A DNA stretch of 57,629 bases from Chara braunii (taxonomy: Eukaryota; Plantae; Charophyceae), in the NCBI GenBank assembly GCA_003427395.1, contig BFEA01000013.1:5177236-5234864 (forward strand), written 5' to 3'. The notes beneath the pieces are model-generated. The model made no database searches, was not told the origin of the DNA, and saw only the letters and a list, made by a program, of their open reading frames with translations. This document shows positions 49,633-57,629 of this stretch, piece by piece. Each line of letters opens with the position of its first letter. The first letter of the stretch is position 1. A program made the translations under genes and the position numbers.

Positions 49633-52112
49633 CGTAGCTCGGTACACCTATGGACTGTTGAAATGTAGACCTAATTATAGTCATACGAGTAGTGCCAGTT
49701 GGGTAGCGTGAGAGGTGAAATTGAGAGAAGAATGTAGCTCACTTCCAAAAAAAAAGAAAAATTAAAAAAAATAAATAAATGAATACGAGTCCAAATCGAA
49801 GTAGATGTGTACGAAATCAAATGTTCTGAGTTATCTGGGGCTGGCTGGTTCCACGACGATGATATCTCAAGGCCGACAAAAAAAAAAAAAAGGAACAGAA
49901 AGAGAGTTATGTTTCCTGCTGCTACCACGACGATGATATCTCAAGGTCGATCAACAAAAAAAGGAAAAAAAAAAAAGGAACAGAAAGAGAGCTACGTTTC
50001 CCACTGCTACCGTCTTTTCCCCGAACAGAGCACACGGTAAGAGGACCCTTGTGGAGACGACGTTTGAGCAAAAAAAAACATTGTTTCAGATCAATCTTTA
50101 TCAGCTGAAACACGGGATGCTTCAAAGCACAAAAAAAAAAAACAGCGAAGGAAATACGGGATGCCTTGAGAAAATACAAGGATCTGGTAAAGAAAAAAAA
50201 AATGATCTCCATAATCTACTAGCTTCCCCCGAACCTAACGCTCCCTCATAATGAATGTATACAAGCTATATTTCCAAACAGGTACAACCAAAATGAGGGT
50301 GCGTTGTGTTCGTGGGAAGACGGTAGCTGAAAATCAAACCATAGTTGGTCGTAAAATCGGGTAAATCTATTAAAAAGAAAAAAAAAAAATCGGATAAATG
50401 GAAAACATACATATATAGAAATGACCACCAACCCAATTTTTTTTTTTTCTTTTTCTTTTTTGGGGGGGATTAACAACGTACTCTCAGCATAACTATGGAC
50501 CTTTCAAAAAAAAAAACAAAAAAAAAAAACTATGGGCCTCGCCACACCACAGTTGCCGAAATGAAAAAAGCACGTGGGCATCTTCCACAAAAAAAGTTTT
50601 TTTTTTTTTTTTTTGCATTAGTATAAATAAATAGTGACTCTTGCATCTTGCCAATTTTCGCGGAACATGCACTCGTACTTTTTTTTGTTTCTCGACAACT
50701 GTGGTGTGATGAGTCTCTGTATCGGCCTGGAAAGAGAGATTGCGTACATTCTTGATCAGGATGCGTTGTGTTCGCGGAAAAAGACAGGGTGTATGGGCCT
50801 CGCTCCATTACTCTCACCCAACATGCACAAAAGACAAAAATCATGGTGGTGTATCTTTCCATGTTATAGTGAAAGATTCATTCTCGTTTTGCACATGTCG
50901 AGAGCGGTGGAGCGAGACCCTATTATTATGTCTTTGTTAAACTAAAAAAAAAGACTGCAACTGGTTAATAACGGGCATCGCTCCACTACCCACGGAATGT
51001 GCAAAATGAGAATGAATGAATCCTTTGACAGAACACGGGAAGATACATCGTCATTTTTTATTTTTTTGTCTTTTGTGCATGTCGTGAGAAGTGGATCGAG
51101 ACCCAATTATAAATTATTCCGCGCGTGATGAGTTAAACCCATACGCTGAAAATACTCATCTATTCCCCGGCCTCCTCAATCAAATTTTGTAATATATGAG
51201 TGTTATTTGAAAAAAAAAAAAAAAAAAAAACTGGCAACGGGGGTGATCACTTACCGCGCCCGTTTTTTTGCCACTTAGGGAAAAAAAAAAAAAAAAAAAA
51301 AACAATCTATCCATTACCAGAACCTCCCATGCATCCTGCCCACGAGGCTGAACGATACACCCACGCAACGTTGATATTTGATAAGCATACCTACGTCCGA
51401 AGACATACGCAAGCAGATCAGGTGATTGAAATAACTCGGCCGGAAAAAAAATTAAAAAATATCAAAATTTATCTTGCGCCGGTCAGGTCGATGATGCCGT
51501 CAGCCATTCAAAAAAGGAGTCAACCTAAAAAAAAAAAAGAAAAAAAAAAAAAGAAAAAAAGTCAACCTCCGCTCCTCAGACCATGTGGCTGACAAAAGGA
51601 CTTTGTTCGACGAGTCTGACCGCATTTGCAGATCGTCATCGGTGCATCTGACCGCAGATATGTCCAGATACAATTCAAGAAAGTCGATTCATGAGACAAA
51701 AACAAAATCTCGTGCTAGTGCGGACAGTGTGTGAGTATGCTCTGTGGAGTAGTACACATGCAAGTGACCCCACTAAGCACAAAACCTGCGTTCCACTTCT
51801 GCGGGCGGGAATCCGACGAAGACATTAAAGTCAGGCGCTACGTCCTATCAAAAACACGAGAACACAAAAGACGAAAAAACCTGAGCTAAAAAAAAAAAAA
51901 AAAGACCTCAGCTTCTCATGCGGTTGGCTGGCGATCCGCTCAGATGCAAAAGGCAGAAAAAAGAATAATAATAATAACAAAATAATACCATAAATGTGCG
52001 GCCATCAGCCATGAACGCACGCGCACAGGCTCGACAGTAGAGAAACGATACACACAGAGAGCGTATGGAGAGGAGGGGTAGGGTGGGGTTGAGAGAACCA
52101 GAGGGCGAGCTC

Positions 52113-52259
52113 CCACTAGCAAAGAGGATTGGATTGAACGCCTGAATCTGGCTGCGTATGTAGACAAATACAGAAAATCAAGATTGAACTCCTTTTCTGC
52201 ATCTCTGCCTAAAACACGCCCAGATTCAAGATCTTAATCCAATCCCCGTTGCTAGAGTG
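52113..52259. repeat. ~150-bp imperfect foldback (MITE-like hairpin)
   Basis: ctagca..ggattggatt..tgaatctgg pairs with ccagattca..aatccaatcc..tgctag. Confidence 0.7.
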
Positions 52260-52428
52260 TACGACGAAGGGAGGAGAGAGAACGAAAAGGAATTCTAGAA
52301 ATACTACTAATAATAATAAAATAATAATATAAAATTAATATAGTAATAATATAATAATAATAATAATAACAATAATATATGTTAAAGAAGGAAGAGCACT
52401 GCACACACACCTCGGCTGCTTTTGTTAC

Positions 52429-53544
52429 CTTAAGAACCTCCTGTTCAAAAGATGAGCGGGGCGCAGACGCGTCCGCGTTATCAATCCCGCTGGTGCCGCT
52501 ATCGGGATCGCTCCCTACTCACCCAAGCCCGCTATCTGCGGCGCGGATGGCGACAACAGATGCAGCGGCGCTTGCAAGGGCTGCAGCTTGCACTGCCTGC
52601 GCCACTTGCGCGTGCTTCTGCTTGTGATCCAGCCATGACCTACGTTTCCTGCGCCCGAGTACCGATCCTCCCCCCCCACCTTGCGCCGCTCCTGCGGCTC
52701 CACCTCCGATAGCAGGGGCGGGGATCCCAGTCGCCACAGCGCCTAGACTAGCGGAAAGACCGGGTGTGGCGCAGGACGCCGCACCGATCTGCACGGCCAC
52801 TGCGCTCGCCCCCCCCCCTATTTCCCGCCCGTTCATTGCCATCTGCCCACCAAGCTAGGGCCCAACCTCCGGAATCACCTCCCGCATGCCCGAAGTGACA
52901 GATAAATCCACGATTCCTGTGCGGTAGGCTGCAACGTCCGCGCATGGAGAAGGACCTCCTCCTCCTTCTCCTCCTCCTACTCCTCCTCCTCCTCCTCCTC
53001 CTCCCTCCCCTCCTCCTCTCACTCCTTGCATTGCCACGGCAGAGGAGCCGCTAAGATTCATATACATCTCCCAATCCATAGCACTGGTTCCTTTATGCAC
53101 GTGCACGTGCGAAATCTGCAGCTGCTGCTGCTGTTGCTGCGCCTGCGTCAAATCTGCCCGCGCCACCCCCAGCGCACTCGATTCCTCCTCGTCCTCCCCC
53201 CCCCCTCGTCTTCCTTGTGCCTGCTTTCCGCGGTCATCACCATAGCCAAGTAGTCGAGTCATGCTTCCCCCATTGTCCTCCCCCCCCTCCATCGCTGCTT
53301 CTCTCTGCTGCTGCTGGCCCACCGGCACCACCTTCCCCGTTGACGTGTCAGCTCCTGCTGCCGCCACGTCATCGAGCGATCTCAGCGCCGTTGGCGAGTT
53401 ATAGTACATCGCCGTCAACATCCTGCTATTCACTGCATGTGAGGAGGCGTTCTCATTCGCTGAACAAGACGGCGCGATTTGAGAAGCGGCCAGCGGCGAC
53501 ATCACCCGCACTCCACCGCCGCCGCCGCGGCGTTCGCTGCTCAT
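52429..53544 (-). pseudogene. Large GC-rich low-complexity pseudo-exon (Gly/Ala/Gln-rich), family unknown
   Basis: A single frame runs from ATG 53544 through in-frame stops at 52855-52857 (TAG) and 52519-52521 (TGA) to ...RSSFEQEVLK|GTAAC, a phase-0 donor. Confidence 0.55.
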
Positions 53545-54492
53545 TGCCGCCGACTCTCTGTGTATGCTCTCCGGCGTGCCCTCTCGCCCCTCCCCTATGA
53601 AGCTCCGTCGAAAAAGAAAGGCCGCTGGGCGAATGTGCTTCGCACACTAAGCATACCAGACACGGAAGTGACTTGCGTTATGATTTTCTTCCGTTCTGCT
53701 ACAGTGAATGAACTGAAGAGAGTTAGCTTATCACGGACTGATCCAAGTTTCATGAGGTTCGGACTGATCGAGATGACTAAGAATATAATAAGTGGAAATA
53801 TTAATTAATAATATTAAATAAATAAATATAGAAGAATAAAATAATAATGATTGCCGTTTTCTTTCCCCTCTCAGCCTTTCTTTCATTCTAACATTGCAAT
53901 TGTCCAAAACCTCGGCGAGAGACTCCCTTTTTGTACTGGCGCTTTTTGATTGAATGCAATACAACTCATAACGAGCATCAAGCACAACGTCTCAAACGAG
54001 GTGCTTAATAACGACGGGGAAAGGAAAATATAACAAACACAAATAAAAGGAAAACGACACCGCGAGAAAGTCGAATCCAGTATCAATAGCAGTACAGTTA
54101 ATAATACACCAAATTACACAAACGAAAGATGGAACGCCGCTTGCTACTGATTACACAAGCCCGACAAAAAATACAGTAAGAAAATCCACTAACAAAAATA
54201 TTCAATCCTCGACACCTCACAGACGGTAGATAGTCGTTGTCGTTCTTTCCATGTTTTACATTCACGTTTGCCGTTTGCAGCCGTAGCTTGTGACTTAATA
54301 AAGAAGTACAGAACTAGAAAAGAAACAAGATGACCACTACTACTGCCACTGACACCACTACTGCTACTACTATTGTGGCACACACGAAAAAGAAGGGACA
54401 AAACGCCAGAGAAAAAAAGACACAACACAAGCAGGTCGAGAGCGGAAGAGGATGAACAAAAAGGACGGCGAAAAGGAAAATGTCTTACCCAC

Positions 54493-54525
54493 TTGGATCG
54501 CACTTCCTATAGAAATCTTTCACAT
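54493..54525 (-). CDS. Alfin-like PHD protein exon 2 fragment ((D)VKDFYRKCDP)
   Basis: 33-nt exon between ggtAG and GTgggtaag. It continues exon 1 in phase and matches the Alfin motif DVE.FY..CDP. The expected next exon (EKENLCLYG...) was not found. Confidence 0.8.
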
Positions 54526-55618
54526 CTACCAGTACACCAACAAAACACACACCGGGCCACCCAGCATCCACACGAGAATTTCGTCAGTCCAATCAAACAA
54601 GAACACTCATTAAGTATACCTCTCGACGAAATTCAGGGAAATATCAGTCCCCACTATGTAAAACTCATTGGCACCTGTTAATTTTTTGCCAAAACAGCCA
54701 GAAACGCAAAATGTTGCGTGCTTGGTGTAATAATAATAAGAACGACTCCGCTCATACCGTCAGAGAAGCCAGCGAAACAAGACGGCCGTGGAGTAAAAAG
54801 ACTCATCTCATTTATGAAAAATAAGTCCAAAGCAGAAACTATCTTCTTCACTTACGTTAAAAAAAATCAATAGATGAATCCCGGAGGGTATGAGAGCGGG
54901 CATACAGCCAGTGACTTTCTTTTTTCCGTCTTTACGCGGTCTGCCGCAGCAGCCATCTCTGACACTACCGACCCGACTCAGGTTGCCTGCAAGACGGAAC
55001 TCTCTCGAGCATATACTACTCTTGAGTCCGCCAAACAGAGAATCACCTACTCGACGATGTTCGGCAGACTCAAAAGTAGAGTACCGCAGTAGGCGAAAGC
55101 GTGAAGATAACACAGACTTACCTACCTGACGATGAGACCATTGCTGATGTATTCACAATGATAAGCGATCAAGGGGTCCGATATCGCTTGATTGCCGTTG
55201 GTTGGACTTCCGCGCAGAGTAATAGAGACAACAAAGTGGAGTTCCGGGCTCGCTTCGGGGCTTGTAAGAGTAAGTGGTGTCATATAGCATAGTATATTTC
55301 GTGGAGTAGCGCGAGGTCGGTGAAGAGAGAGGGGAGCATGCGAGATGACTTAGCTAGAAAAAACACGACGTCGTTGTGTCTCTCGCCTGACACTATGAGA
55401 TGATGAAGAAATGAAAAAAGTAAAAAAAAAGAGAGAGATGGAGAGAAGGACAGCGAAGAAAGCCCGATAAACAGAGGGGATGGAAATACAAGTGAAGGGC
55501 AACGAACCCTAGTAACACAATACGAGGCACATGATAATGAAGAGGACAAATGTGTGAAAAACAAGACCGTAGAACTGAGAGCCAAGCAGCGACAACCAAG
55601 GTCTACATTGCTCCTTAC

Positions 55619-55712
55619 CCTCGGTTAATGCCTTTAACATGCCAGCATGCCGGCCGCTGAAATCTCTAAATACTTCTTCTACTGTACGAGGAGATATCCC
55701 CCCATCCTCCAT
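55619..55712 (-). CDS. Alfin-like PHD protein exon 1 fragment ([31 protein letters not shown])
   Basis: Matches the Alfin N-terminal signature [19 protein letters not shown] and ends with a phase-1 G|GTAAG donor. The conserved RR reads RH. Confidence 0.88.
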
Positions 55713-55989
55713 CTCGTTCAGTGATGACTAACAACCAATCAAGAAAGCTGACGACTCGTAATGTCAAAAGTTTAAAAAACGCATCTGCGAAACAAAAATA
55801 CCTCTAGACAGTACGTTGCATGTGGTGTTGACCAACGAAAGACAATGCTACCTTTACTCACCCCGACATACTCCCTATTACCATGAGCATAATATCACTT
55901 GCTTGAAGATTACCACGATAACAGACAGTTATATGCTCCGCAGAACCCGAAATATAAACATAATGCGAGGAAACAGAAATCCAACTTAC

Positions 55990-56118
55990 CTTTATGTCAT
56001 CATTTGACACAGCGAAGTCGAAGTTCGAGATGTACAGTTTCGTTCCCGTTTGGAGCTCTACCATTCTAACAACCGCTCCTTGAACTTTCGACACACCTCT
56101 GAGAAGATCGTTTTGCAC
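55990..56118 (-). pseudogene. ALY/REF (THO complex subunit 4-like) exon fragment at the start of the RRM
   Basis: LQTGTKLYISNFDFAVSNDDIK|GTAAGT matches ALY IETGTKLYISNLDYGVSNEDIK. The following exon (ELFSEVG...) was not found and the 5' boundary is uncertain. Confidence 0.78.
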
Positions 56119-56828
56119 AGAACCAATACCTCAGCGGCCAGAAGTCAGCTCGTCTCTTCTTCTTTTCCCGAAGGGAACAACATATTATTGCGACACATGC
56201 AGAACCGATTGGTCGATGAAACATAATCAACGAAATTTCGATTTCTCCCTTCCCCTCGTTCTTCTTATTGCATCCGTCACAGAAATGACGACGCAGCAAA
56301 TTGTTGCTGACAAACAAGACTGGAAAAAATGACCGACAGAACAACAGAGCTAAACATAACATGAGAAAAACTGAACTACGGAACATCGCACGAGAGAGCA
56401 AAGCGACCGAACGTCACGATCTCATAACCACAAAGGGAAGCATTTGCCTACGTGTGCCAAACGAGAGCTAAGCTACGTTCCTAAACAGTGTGAACGACGT
56501 TTTCCAATGACCATTGCAAGTGTGAACGACATTTTCCAATGACCATTGCAAAAATAACGAAAGGGAGAAGCGGGATGGGGGGGTGGAAGAACAACAAAAA
56601 ACGAAGTTTGCCATTGATGGGGAGACGGAAGAACAACTACAAGCGAAGTGAGTTAGCCATTTCTTCGTCTCTCGACAATGAACACACCTTCAGCAAGGAC
56701 ACAACCTTAAAAAAAAAAAAAAAGGGGGGGGCGCCGTATCTTCACTGCGTTCAGCACACAGATCTTGGCGGGCCTTGATCTTTACAACAAGCACCTAAGA
56801 CGGGCCGCCTTCCAAATGCATCTCTCTC

Positions 56829-56876
<48 letters not shown>

Positions 56877-57629
56877 TCTCTCCGCACGTTAAAGAAGCTC
56901 AACGCTGCCAGTAGGACCTGGCTCCCGGTCTCCTCCCCTGAATGGTAGACATTGGCGGGTCCCCGCGCCAGGGAGATACACGGAAGGACTGTGGGGGCGC
57001 CTGGGAGAATCGACGAAGAGGAGAACGAAGAGTAGATAAGGAGTTGTAGAGGAATAGGCGCACGAAGAGGGGAAGGAGGCGGAGGAAGAGGTATGGTGTT
57101 AGAGAACTGTATAGACGAACGGATTGACAAAGAGATAGTACGAGAAAGGCTAGAAGAAAAAGAAATAGACGAAGACGACGAAAAGGGCGAGACGACGAGG
57201 AATAGGATGACCTCACCTTTTCATCGTTGTCTGCCAATCGTTCGACTTCCAGTCTTGCTTACACTGTCTATTTATGTGTATGTGGAAATGTTCCCGGGAT
57301 CACCTCGTTCACCGCCCCGGACGAACACCTGCTCCCTTGCCCACTCGAAACCACCGAAACTTGACTCCTCCGCCTCGCCGGCCTTTGCGTGCATACTCGC
57401 ATCGCCCATCTGCACTGCACAGCGCTGTCGCGCGCGGCAGTTCTGCACCTGCGGAGAGTTGTCGCGCGCGGTGGTCCCGCACCCGGCTGAGGAGCGCTGA
57501 ACCTCACGGTCGTGTCACGCAGAATGTTTCGTCAGAAAAGAACCAGTCACCACTCTGACCGTGCGCGCGTGCTATACCTCTCACGACGCCCTGCGACAGG
57601 TCGGGACGTCGCGAGCTACAACTTACCTC

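Noticed and set aside
52429-52460. SSFEQEVLK as the start of a thioredoxin domain
   Set aside because: The match is too short and no downstream WCxPC exon was found.

Overview
Repeat-rich eukaryotic DNA with spliceosomal introns, long (GA)n/(CA)n/poly-A tracts and assembly gaps. The gene sequences are plant-like, and the style is compatible with a streptophyte alga such as Chara (inference only). (1) Three minus-strand coding exons of a GOT1-type vesicle-transport gene (14903-14933, 7508-7599, 6753-6833). Its 7.3-kb first coding intron carries an antisense, intronless, full-length RPL3 retrocopy with a 40-nt poly(A), a 14-bp TSD and a 5'TOP-like start. (2) A three-level transposon nest: a TTAA-flanked TIR element (15660-25949) contains a TSD-flanked minus-strand L1/Tx1-like LINE (15845-24688), which contains a plus-strand LINE (~16246-19589). 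The two diverged LINEs share a conserved, pseudoknot-capable 3'-UTR module with a variable-length internal stem, which is the best candidate here for a novel structured RNA. (3) A decayed Helitron (Helitron2/Helentron-like Rep + PIF1 helicase) followed immediately by a Ulp1/C48-like protease ORF (35165-42230). (4) A minus-strand cluster of orphan fragments from unrelated host genes (ALY/REF RRM exon, Alfin-like exons 1-2, and a large low-complexity pseudo-exon), suggestive of transposon gene-fragment capture. The window also holds several MITE-like hairpins, tandem repeats and a patchwork inverted duplication. No CRISPR array, rRNA or tRNA gene was recognised.
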